Shown here piece after piece: positions 51,814 through 63,018 of a stretch of 64,000 nucleotides of DNA (positions are counted from its first letter, which is position 1; each line of letters starts with the position of its first letter). Position numbers and translations under genes: made by a program. The notes beneath the pieces are model-generated. The model was not told the origin of the DNA. It worked only from the letters and a program-made list of their open reading frames with translations, and made no database searches. Source of the stretch: Thalia democratica (taxonomy: Eukaryota); contig OZ241826.1 of NCBI GenBank assembly GCA_965202585.1, positions 52,452,001 to 52,516,000 on the forward strand, given 5' to 3'.

Positions 51814-53439
51814 TACTGTATAAAATTCTTTTGTAGCTAAAATCTAGTTACTTTTATATATTTATATACCTCTTTTTTACTTATTCAAATTATCTAAGTA
51901 AACCTGTTTTGAATTTAGATAACGAGCATTGCTTTACATGAATAAAACTAATTTTACTGCTTCATATGTCTTTTTATTTTTAATAGTTGAATTTTTTTAT
52001 AATAACTGACTAATTTTAATTTATTTTGTGTAATTTTTACTTAATGAACCACAATAAAAGGTCTCGACTTAATGATAAGGAGAATAATCAACTCAAGTTT
52101 TTGAATTTTATTAACAAAAGAATGTGTCGCTCGTTTGAAATAAATCAAACGAGGTCATCAGTTGAATAAAATCAATTTGTATTAACATATTATGTAAAGC
52201 TATAATTTTAAAAATCATTTAGTAACGTTATTTCAGAAATAACTATTTCTTTTGCAAACTAAAAAACGCTTATGTTTGTAAGACTACTAAATAAACATAA
52301 ATTAAGAAAAGCTTAAATAGATTTTCAAGTAATAAGCTTAACCGATTAGATTGGAACCTATACTACTTTTCGGTTTTCTTTGTTATGTTAAATAAATAAA
52401 CGATTGTTTTATTTTCGCAAATTTCCCTTAAGATTTTTTATAAAGTAAACAAAATTTTGTTTTACCACCATAAACTAGTCAAAAAGGTTTCATAAACAAT
52501 TAAAACTAACTCTAAAAATTATGTAACAAATATTTAAAATGTTATGCAGCGGTTAAAGCTAAAAACAAATTGTTTGTAAAGTAAAGTTTATTAAATAAGT
52601 TAAATAAATTGAATAACGGAAGCAAAGTAAAAAGACCTGATTAAAAGAAAGACCTTTTGGGCATCGAGCTACACATAACTTATCTATTTTAGCTTTTTTG
52701 AGCAGTTTAAATGTTATTCTAATATTAGAAACTTAATTTTTACAAAACCAAGAAAAATGACAAAAACATACAAAAAAAAAGTCATGATACTTATATAATA
52801 AATTTAATTTAGTTAGTGGAAAAAGTTAAACGTATAAGTTAAAGCGTACTAATATGTTAAAACTTATAAATTTGTTAAAGTTAATCTCTATTTGATACCA
52901 ATGGCGTCGCGTGGGATGGAACGCTGGAGCTGTTGCTCCACCCAGAAAAAAAATAAAAAGAAAGTGTATATAATGTTTCAGTTTTAGAGTTTAAGCTTTT
53001 AAAGACGCTGCTTTAAATGTGGCTCTGCTTGAACTGTACCGTCCTTAACTATATTAAAAGAACTATATTTGAAAACTGAAAAATTAAGCTTTAAATCAAT
53101 ATAATTTTTTTAAAGTTAGCTTTAAAAATAAGCAAGTTATTCAGTATTGAAGTTGTAGAAAAAATACTGCTAAATGCATACATGAAAGTAAGTCGTTAAT
53201 TTCTCTACTAAATTAGTTTTTTTACAAAATTTTATATTTGATATTCGAAGTGTTCGTATAATTAGAGCTGCAAGCTAAATCTGTGTCAGTTGCATTTTAA
53301 ACGTATACAAATTTCAATACAAAAATTTGTTGACTGGCTTAATACTGGAGCTGCATAAGCTTTCAGCTCCATAAAAATTGAAAATCATAGTCCTTGTTTA
53401 AAACTTGCTACAACGCGAGAATAAAAAGACAGGTAATGA

Positions 53440-53535
53440 CAAATTGAGCTCGAGAAGGAGCAACTTGAGCAAAGACAACTAGAGCAGGAGCAACTCGAGC
53501 ACGAGCTACTCTAGCAATGTCAACTTGAACAAAAC
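53440..53535. repeat. Degenerate 15-nt minisatellite
   Basis: About 6 units like gagcaactcgagcac; + frame reads QIELEKEQLEQRQLEQEQLEHELL*QCQLEQ. Confidence 0.65.
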
Positions 53536-53639
53536 CAAAATAGTTTTTATTTGATAAAAAGTAGTTGAAATTTTTAAGAAGTTTTAATTTTTTGAATTTA
53601 ATACTTTTATTTGATAAGAATACAAGAAGTACTTTCAAG

Positions 53640-53883
53640 TAGTGATGTACCGGACCCGGATGGACTTTTTTTTCAAATTAGGGTCCGGCCGGAACCGGAT
53701 CCGGACTTTTTTCAAATTAGAATCCGGCCGGAACCGGGTCCGGACTTTTTTTCAAATTAGAATCCGGCCGGAACCGGATCCGGACTTTTTTTCAAATTAG
53801 AATCCGGCCGGATCCGGATATCAAACAAAAATTGCAATATCCGGCCGGATCCGCACCCGGATAGTGAGTCCGGTACATTACTA
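53640..53883. mobile_element. hAT-type MITE (244 bp) with four internal 39-40-bp CCGG-rich tandem units
   Basis: TIR tagtgatgtaccgg / ccggtacattacta; 8-bp TSD ctttcaag / ccttcaag; caaattag anchors at 53674, 53713, 53753, 53793. Confidence 0.9.
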
Positions 53884-55893
53884 CCTTCAAGTAGTTTTAG
53901 CTAAACAAAACTTTAAAATTTAGTTTTTGAATGAGTATATACTCATAAATCCTGACAAAATGTAATAAATTAAAAACTTAAAGCTGAACGAAAATTACGA
54001 TAAGAAGAATTTTAAACTTTTTCTGATATAAAATTTTTTAAGTAAATAAATATGCATTAGAAAAAATAATAAGTACATTTATATTTTAACAAATTTTGTA
54101 AATAATATTTTTATATTGTTAATAAGTTTGGTTTATCATATAAACAACTTTTTCTTTTAACTACAATGCATTTATAAGTTTTATCTCAATTTAGTTTTAT
54201 TTTTGCTGTTGTACAGCTTTAAAGTGAATACAATTTTTTTTTAAACAAAATAATTTTAATTATAAGTCTTTTGTAATTCACCTTAAAAAACAAATTCAAA
54301 GCTTTTTAAATTGTTTGTTAATATTTAACTATAGAACAGTGGTCTTGTTTAGAAAAAAAGTTCAAAAGACTGTTTATAGTCTATCAATTCACCAAACTTG
54401 ATAAGGTTTGTTAACTTTTAGCCAGAAACTGCACAAAAGACTTTTTTGTTAAGTTGATGAATACTAGTAAAAAGGAAGGAAAATTAAATAAACAAAACTT
54501 TTAGTTTTTTTTTAAACCAAGACATTTTTAATAAGCTTTTAAAATTAAGGTAACTTTTAGATTGTTTATAATTCAATGTTATAAAAATTTTCTTGAGCAT
54601 AAATATCTTGAATCATCAATTTTAGTTGTAGTTGTATTTTCAAATACCGCTTAAAGCTAAAGTCTTTTTGACCAAAATATATTTACTTTTTTAATTTACA
54701 GTTGCAGATCTGCTGTGTAACTGCATAAGTCTTAATAGTTATTAAGTTAAGTATATTAACTCAAACCTTGTCAAACGCTTATTCAAAATTGAAAATGAAT
54801 AAAATAGAAAACTGTTTGAATAGGAACTGATCAAATAAGAAACAACATGAGGTTTTATACTGATGTACTTCGGGATACAGTTCTAAAAGTAGTTAGCCTG
54901 TGAAAATACTCGGATGAAAACTGTTTTGTATAGGAAGTAAGTATGTGGGAATAGATTCAAGAAGTAAACAAACTTAAAATAGTGTGTTCATGTGGGATTT
55001 TTTTTTGACATGAATTAATTACACAAGAAATAATTTAGATAAAACTCAAACCAATTTTGTACTGGTAATATACTGGTAAAACAACTATAAATTTAAAAAA
55101 AGTTTAATCTGTAAAAAGTAATTTTCTAGAAGGTTATCTTCAAATTTATCAATGTTTACTTAATGATACATTACACCTATGGTCTTTAACTTTTTCAAAA
55201 GTTATGCACTATAAACTATTTATGAATCCTGTGCAGACCAAACTATAAAAGTAACTTTTTTTTAGAACTTTAGTATTGTATTTTTTGAGTTTCTTAACAA
55301 ATATCGTGCTAACAATTATCAATGTATATTAACTTTTTTATTAAAAAAAGAAAAGCAAACGTTATCAAAGATATCGTTTTTTAATTTAATTATTTGTTTT
55401 ACAAAGTAAAAGAAAAAACTTCTATGTACTGTGCACAGGTTTACTGCACACCGTGAAGAAGACCACTGCATACTAAATAAAGTATACTAAATCATTTTCT
55501 AAAAATTTATAGATGAAATCAATTTAGTTCCAATTTGTTTGTTTATGTTTAAAAAAATACTTTTTTACTTAATATAATTTATTTTTCAACCACTTATAAC
55601 ACTTTTTTTTCCATTCTTTAAAGGAAACATAATTAGCAGATAAAGCGAACTTAATATCTTTTTTTTTGTGCTAAGGTTTTTGTAAAATTTTATTTTTTAA
55701 GAAAATAAGCAAAGTTTACTTATTCTTGTTAAAACGTTAATAAAATGATTTAAAATGATTTTTAAAGTGTCTCGGATTTTTTTTATTCGTTTTAAAATAG
55801 ACATTGTGCTTTTTTTAATGTACCTGAAAACACAAGTTATAAAAACAATTTTATTATTGATATTACCAAATATTTACTTCATTATGATTTTAA

Positions 55894-56904
55894 TTACATT
55901 ATAGAATAGTTTGTTTTTGTTGCTGTAAAATTTTCAGTACGAGAAACCAAATCTTTTGACTGGTTGCTTAATTTCTTCTTTACAGTTTTACACTTTACAA
56001 AAACACTAAAACTAAACTTTTCAAATGAAACAAAAAGAGATACTATGTTTACACATAGCCCGAGATCAAATATAATTCCTGTGAAATCTCGAGGTGTTGT
56101 ATCAGGAAGTATGATTGAAGTAAGGGCGAGAGCACACAGGTCTGAAAAAGAACACAAAACTAAGCTTCCAGTCGCTAATTTTGTTGCTCTCTTTAAGCGG
56201 TTGTTAATTTTTAACGAGCTTTTGTCACTGCTTCTAGCTTTATTTTTGTAGTGGTTCAGGGGATAAACAAAAAGAGCAAAAATAATTACCTGTGACATTA
56301 CCATTATGGATATCGCGATATATCGCATTATTTCGTTAGTGTTTTCCTCAGAGTTTCTTATACACCCATAATCAGACATCAAGTAACTTTTCGGAACGAC
56401 CAATAATACAATAATTACTATTCCTACTATAACCAGCAGGAAAATTGCGAAAGTACTCAGAAATTTTACCAGCTTTGTGTTAAGTGGTTTTAAGGAAGAT
56501 TGAGAGTAAAGAATTCGTTGTCTGGTCCATAAAAACAAATATATTGGTAAATTTGACATGTAATAAAGTACTACTGTCAAGTCTGTGACAACTTCGCAAA
56601 CATATTGACCATTTTTTTCATCATCAGCTAATGTTCTTCCAACTATTATAATTGCCTGAGTGCACAAAACTTTTAAGCAAGTAACGCATGGAGTCAGGAC
56701 AGACAAAAATACCAATAAAAAACTTTTAAAGTTTTTGTTTGAGTTTTTCCAGTTACTGTATCCGAACCTATACAATGCAACTGTAGACCAAACACAAAAA
56801 ACAAAATTAACTATAGTTAAAGCTTCTGATGGTATCCACATATACATAAAAATTGAAAACTGAGTTGTATTAGAAGTGGTATTATTCAAACTACTTTTTG
56901 ACAT
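55894..56904 (-). CDS. Intronless orphan seven-transmembrane (GPCR-like) protein, 336 aa
   Basis: 1011-nt ORF; the real ATG is at 56904 (the track start at 56913 is TTG). N-terminal sequons NNT/NTT; seven hydrophobic segments; Cys at the top of TM3 (YVCEVV) and in ECL2 (DYGC); LFLWTRQR in place of DRY; FVYPL at the end of TM5; basic cytoplasmic tail. Confidence 0.85.
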   Translation of the reverse strand: MSKSSLNNTTSNTTQFSIFMYMWIPSEALTIVNFVFCVWSTVALYRFGYSNWKNSNKNFKSFLLVFLSVLTPCVTCLKVLCTQAIIIVGRTLADDEKNGQYVCEVVTDLTVVLYYMSNLPIYLFLWTRQRILYSQSSLKPLNTKLVKFLSTFAIFLLVIVGIVIIVLLVVPKSYLMSDYGCIRNSEENTNEIMRYIAISIMVMSQVIIFALFVYPLNHYKNKARSSDKSSLKINNRLKRATKLATGSLVLCSFSDLCALALTSIILPDTTPRDFTGIIFDLGLCVNIVSLFVSFEKFSFSVFVKCKTVKKKLSNQSKDLVSRTENFTATKTNYSIM

Positions 56905-58755
56905 TTTTGCCAAATAATTATTCTGTAATATTTTGAAAATATTTATAAAACTTGTAACTTCTTATGTATTAGTTTATGTTTTATGCAAAAAACTGCTTAA
57001 ACAAACTTTTTCACAAACTATAATAAAAACCTAATAAAATAAACTATAACTAAATACTAGAGTATAAAAGTATTTAATCTAATAAATTAATTACTTTCTA
57101 GTATTGTAGTAAACATTTCGTCTGTAAACAACTAAAAAAAAACCTTTAAAAATCGATTAACTAAAACTTTTTTCTTATTGATGACGATCTATTTGTTATA
57201 GTGACGTAGTTAAACTTTAGTTTAGTTGCTACTCGTTGCACAACTTCTTTTTTAAACTTCCGTTACTTTCTTTTTTATTTCGAAATATTCTCGAGTGATT
57301 TATTTTTAAAATACCGATAGAAGAGTATCATAAAAATTAAAAATATATTTTTTGTACACATTGTTACTATAATATGTTACTTTTTGTTTATCTTTATTTT
57401 CACATTGTTACTTTACTGTCCATCTGAATGTATATACATTTATTACCACCTGTTAATTTAAAATTTTTAAGCTAACTTATTTAGAAATTTAATATTACAG
57501 TAGTGAAAATTAAAATATTACGGATCGAAATACTTATTAAAGCTTTAAAACGTCAATCTGAAAAAATGTATTTGAGTTTGAAGAAGTATTTAGTATGATT
57601 GCGCTAAAATATAAAAATATATATTATAAATAAAATCATAAACATAAAACACTTGAGATTTTTTTAAATTTTTTGTACAATCTTAAGTAAACAATTAAAT
57701 TACGATCTGAAGTTTTTTTTAAGTTTTTTAAGTTTGATTGTAGTAAACCCTACATTTTTTAATATATGTTTAGTTAATGTTGTTGTACTGATAGCCTAAA
57801 AAATTGTTTGTCTTGATGAGGGCAGGTCAACGATTATACTCAGGCGCTAGGTATGAAAAAACAATAATTCTTGGTGTGCAACATAATTTCAATTTCATTT
57901 AAGACAAAGAAACTATTTAATTATCTAATTCATTTCAAAAAAAAAAACTGGTTTTATGCATTTTTTCTAAGGAAATTTCAAATCTAAGAATACCTATTGT
58001 AAGTTTAAAAACAAAGTTTTGCAGGTCAGCTTTAGATGGTCACAGGCCGCAGTAATATCTATAGCGGGTTAGATTCCACTTACAATATTCATAATACATG
58101 GTTTAATTCTACTTATCACTTTTATAACAACTTTATGGTATTATATTTTATTTTAAACTGAATAATAAAAAGCTCTCAACTTATGTACATATAAAAATAC
58201 AATTTAGACTTTATTTTGCTGATTATTTAAAACATTACAATGTTTTACCTCTATAATAATTTAAATGAAATAATCAGTTGTAAAACAGTTCTAAAAAAAG
58301 AGTTTAAATAGTTTAGATTTTTCTTTTGTAAAGCTTCGTAAGCATAGTAATATTATGAACAAAAATTAGTACACTAAACTATAAAAAGAGTTATTAAATA
58401 AACTTTTTTACTAGAGTTATAACAATATAAATCAAAAAATAACAATCAAATATTCGGTCTATGTTTTTTTTTCTGTTGTTTTTCTTAAGTAAACTACTTT
58501 ATAATGAAAGCTGAGATAGTAATTGTTACAAAAATTTTTATATTAGTTTATATTAACAATTAAACAATTAAAAGCTATTTGTATTTTAAAAGTATACAAC
58601 AGTCTAGTGCAAGTCCATATAAATTTAAAAAAGGAAAAAAATCAAGAAAGAATGAAATTAAATTTAAAGCCGTTAGCCCATTTGAGAAGAATAAACTAGG
58701 TACTAAGAGATTTAAGACATATTCTCTTAGCTAAACAAAGCATTCAAGCGCAAAC

Positions 58756-58769
58756 GTTGCTATAACAAT
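58756..58769. promoter_or_regulatory. RFX X-box-like motif
   Basis: GTTGCTATAACAAT matches GTHNYYATRRNAAC at 13 of 14 positions and lies 47 nt upstream of the proposed ANKRD42 ATG. Confidence 0.5.
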
Positions 58770-58816
58770 GCAGTTTAAATTAAAAATAAACTAACCTAAA
58801 AGTAAAACTAAAATAA

Positions 58817-60956
58817 ATGAGTGCAAGTAAGCAAACTATTTATTTTATTTATGAAAGATAATAAATATAAATCGGAATTAACGGATATTTTATATAAAAC
58901 TTTACAACTTTTAAGTTTTAAACAAACTCTACTATTTTTTTTTGACTACTTATAAATTCTTTTTTACTAAGTTATAGCTTTTGATTTTACATTTTTTATC
59001 TGTATCATTAACTTTGAAAATTACTATGCAACAGTATGTAATGTTTTATATTTTTAATTTAAATTTCTTGTTGCAGATGCCTTATTATTTTTTGTTGATC
59101 AATAAAGATAAATTTTAGCATGTAAACTAGTATATAATTATTTTAAACTACTAATTAAAATATATTTAAAAGTATTAACCAAAAACTCTTCAAATTTTTT
59201 TCTTATTAAAAAATTTAAACTAACACAGTTTAGTAAGTATGATGAATTATACTTATAGTAGCTGTAAAATAACTTTAATAACAGGTAGCGAAATAATCAC
59301 TTTGCATGATGCAATTAAAGCTGATGACATTGAAAAAATAACAAAGTTCATTAAAGAAGGAGCTGATATAAATGAAAAAGAGAAAAAAAATAATCCAGCT
59401 GGATTTAACACTGTTCAACTAGCTTGCTTTCATAATTCCTTGGAGGTAAAGTTAGCTTGTATTATTTTCTATGATTTAAAATTTAACCATTGTAATTATT
59501 TCTAGAAAGAAAATATTTTAAAGTATTTACATTCTAATTCATAGTTCAAAAATTAATAATGAAACTTAAAGCGTTAATAGTTACACCTATATATATTTAG
59601 TTCTATTGAGGTTTTGAAGATTTGCATTAAAACAAACTTTTATTTTGTAAATTTACAGCTAATGTTTCTTAGGTAGTATCAGAAATTGTTTAAATTTCGA
59701 TATCTCTCAACAAGTCCAAGTATTTTAGAACTTAAATGCTGTATAATTAAAACCATATAAAAACAAACCAGACTTTTTTTTTAAACTATAAGCATCTTAT
59801 TACTATAGCTCAATAACTATTAGTTGTAGTTTAATAAACTTACTTGTTTGGTTTTATAAACATTGTTTTTTTAATAATGGTATTCTACAATTTTTATCTG
59901 AAATAGATACGTTTTGATAGTTCGTAATTAGAGTTGTACAATTTTTTTTGTAAGTAATAAGTATAAACTATAATATTAAACTAATTTTGTACTTGTTAAA
60001 ATTCTCCACTCTATGTGTACAGTTAATCAATAATATAAGCATCTTCAATGGTACATGTTGAATTTAAAACATTTTTTTTAATAAGTATCGTTTATTGATG
60101 TCTCATTTTACTTATTTACTGATTAATTAAAGATGATTTTGAGCTTATTGTAGTTAAAATTTGTTTTTTCTGGTTACAAGCTTTAAAAATTTCTAAAAAC
60201 AATTTTATACTTTTAAAAAATGATAACTTTTATATCAGAGTCTTCATTGGTTGTTATGGCATGGAGCAGAATTGAATGATGTTACAAATAAGGGTTGGAG
60301 TGCAGTACATATTTGTGCAGTTAAGGGAAATAATTCTTGCTTGCAGGTTTAATTATTAAATTGGTAAATAAAAACAAGTTTGTAATTTTTTATCACTAAA
60401 TAAACATAAAAAGTTAATGACAACATAACAATAAAATTACTTAATTAATTATTTACTAATTACAACTAAATTTTAATAGACACTAACAAACTACTTCATA
60501 ATTATTAAAAAATTAAATTCAAAGCTTTATATGATAATCTAATAAAAGTTTTAGGTTCTATAAATTAGTAGCACAGTCTTAGGTATTTAAAGAGTATTTA
60601 TTTATAAACATTATATCCATCATTTTATTATTAAAATGCTTGAAATTAACGTAAAGGTTTAAAGTTTTTAGAGATAAAGCTTACTTAAGTTTTACTTATG
60701 CTAATACATTTAAAAAAAAGTTAACAAATAAGTTATGCTACACTTGTTTAAAATAACTTTAGAAAATAAACTTTATATTGTGATTTATATTTTAAGTATT
60801 TGACATGTTGTAGTTGTTAATCACTTTCACCTACAGGCACTTATATCAAATAATGCAAGCTTAAATACAAAAGACAAACAAGGAGTTTCTCCATTACATC
60901 TTGCAAGTTCGCATGGAAACTCATTTTCACTTCAACTTCTTTTAAGAAGTGGATGC
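58817..60956 (+). CDS. ANKRD42: Ankyrin repeat protein ANKRD42-like, 5' partial; join(58817..58826,59285..59445,60239..60346,60837..>60956); later exons not found in the window
   Basis: Exons read ...ITLHDAIKADD...GADINEK...GFNTVQLACFHNSLE | SLHWLLWHGAELNDVTNKGWSAVHICAVKGNNSCLQ | ALISNNASLNTKDKQGVSPLHLASSHGNSFSLQLLLRSGC. LHWLLWHGA and HG.SF.LQ..LRSG match ANKRD42 as recalled. The 10-nt first exon (ATG AGT GCA A|gtaagc) is phase-compatible but tentative. Confidence 0.85.
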
Positions 60957-61601
60957 GTAAGTTATTTAAAAACTATATGAGCAAAAAGTGGTTATCAGTA
61001 AAAGTTTTTCTCAAACTTTTATTCTCCGCATAACTAATGATCCAACTAAGTTTCAGAAATTAGTGTTTTTGTTTTTATTTTGTAGATTTGATCATTGCTA
61101 AACACATGGACATAAAACCTGATAATGCACTGTGCAACTCGCGATTGGAATTAGGAAAAAATTATTTAAAAAACTACTATTTAAAATTAGTGAGCATAAA
61201 GTGAAGACTTTAGTTAATTTACAACTTAAAACAAAATTTAAAGCATAATATCTACAACAGAAGTTATGCCTGTTGGCGCAAAGCTACTTCAAGACTTTTT
61301 GCTTAAATCAAATGTAGATACCTAAACATATGAAATCCAATTTGAAAGAAAAAATACTTTTACTTAAGATATTTGATTTTTTTTTTCAAATTTTATACGA
61401 TATTAAAAAAACTGTTTAAAAAAAATTTAAAATCATGATTAAATATATATTTCATAATATTTTTCTGCAAAACGAAAAGAAACTATAGCTATACATTATT
61501 AGAATTTTTCGATCAGTAATCTTGTCAAGTTTTAAAAGTTGTGAAAAAAACGACACACTCGGAGGGTATACGTGTATGTATCAACAAAAACTATAAGTAT
61601 A

Positions 61602-63018
61602 CGGTAGGACTTTTTATGGGTAGTTTTAAATATTGGGTACTTTAAATTGCAGCAATTTTGCAATAAAAAGTACCCAATATTTTGATGATGTCATTAACTT
61701 TACTTTGGGTACTTTTGAAGCTTAAACTTTCTTAACAAAACCAAACTGCTGTCCAGGCCTATGATAAATTCACTTTTTTTTTTTTCTAAATATGAAAACA
61801 ACTATATCTGAAATAAAACAATAGAAGGTAACTAAATATTTCCCTATGTTAACAAAGTTATAGAAATATAATTTTCAACCTTGATATTTTTTGTATAAGT
61901 TACAATTTTAAATTCAAGCACATATTAAGCTATTGACTTTTTAAATTTTTCATTTATAGTTTATTGATGAATTTCAGTCATAGAAAAATTTGAACTAGTT
62001 GTACATTAGTTATGTACTTCTATAAAAGCTACCTTATTTTAGTTTGAAATAAAGCTAACAGGGTGGCCACCAAACCTAGATGCTTATGGAAATCTTGGAA
62101 CCGTGTATAAAATCCTAGAATGACTTGAAATTCTGATCATTTGTTTATTTTAGAAAAGTAATTAAGAAAATTTTAAGCATTTAAAAAAATATAGTAAATT
62201 TAGAAAAATTTAATAAAATTTCAAAAAAACTTTAGGAGTCACCTTGGGTACAGGAAGGGTGTAGATCAATTTTATTACAAGTTGATGTCACTTTATAAAT
62301 TTTAATCTAAACTACAAGTAGCTTTATACAGATTTTTTATACTAAAACAAACTTTTGATATGTAACATTAAAATAGGAGAGTACAGTAGGTTTTAATTGT
62401 CATCTTTTTTACTTTTTTTTTTATTAATAAATATTGAAAGGAATACTTCCTTAAAATTTGAGCAGAGTTGCCAACACACCTGGAATCCAGGAACTTGACA
62501 GTTTAAACAAAAACTGGAAAAACCTTGAACTTGTGAAATTAAAAAATTGAAAAAATTTGGTATTTAAAACAAAAATCACCTAAAATCTGTAATTCTTAAA
62601 CTACTTCTACATGTAAAATAATGAAAATTTGATAAAATATAATAACTTAAAGTCATCAATAAACTATAAAAGAAAAAATTGAAAGGCAATAGCTTAATTT
62701 GTGCTTGAATTTAAAATTGTAACTTACACAAAAAATATCAAGGTTGAAAATTATATTTCTATATTTTGTTAACATAGGGAAATATTTAGTTACCTTCTAT
62801 TGTTTTATTTCAGATATAGTTATTTTCATATTTAGAAAAAAAAAAAGTGAATTTATCATAGGCCTGGACAGCAGTTTTGTTTTGTTAAGAAAGTTTAAGC
62901 TTCAAAAGTACCCAAAGTAAAGTTAATGACATCATCAAAATATTGGGTACTTTTTATTGCAAAATTGCTGCAATTAAAAGTACCCAATATTTAAAACTAC
63001 CCATAAAAAGTCCTACCC
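61602..63018. mobile_element. Foldback/MULE-like non-autonomous element, copy B (1417 bp, about 370-bp near-identical TIRs)
   Basis: Ends cggtaggac / gtcctaccc; exact 9-bp TSD ataagtata (61593-61601, 63019-63027); arms at about 61602-61980 and 62645-63018 are near-perfect reverse complements. Confidence 0.93.

Noticed and set aside
53640-53883. CRISPR-like appearance of regularly spaced palindromic repeats
   Set aside because: The units are head-to-tail with no unique spacers, lie within TIRs and a TSD, there are no cas genes, and the context is eukaryotic.
55964-56863. Plus-strand ORFs 55964-56251 and 56660-56863
   Set aside because: They are antisense to the 7TM coding sequence.
56905-56913. 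Track start MAK for the 7TM ORF
   Set aside because: 56913 is a TTG codon; the first ATG is at 56904.
61086-61160. Possible next ANKRD42 exon after tttgtag
   Set aside because: In the required phase 0 it reads ATT TGA (immediate stop) and has no ankyrin motif.
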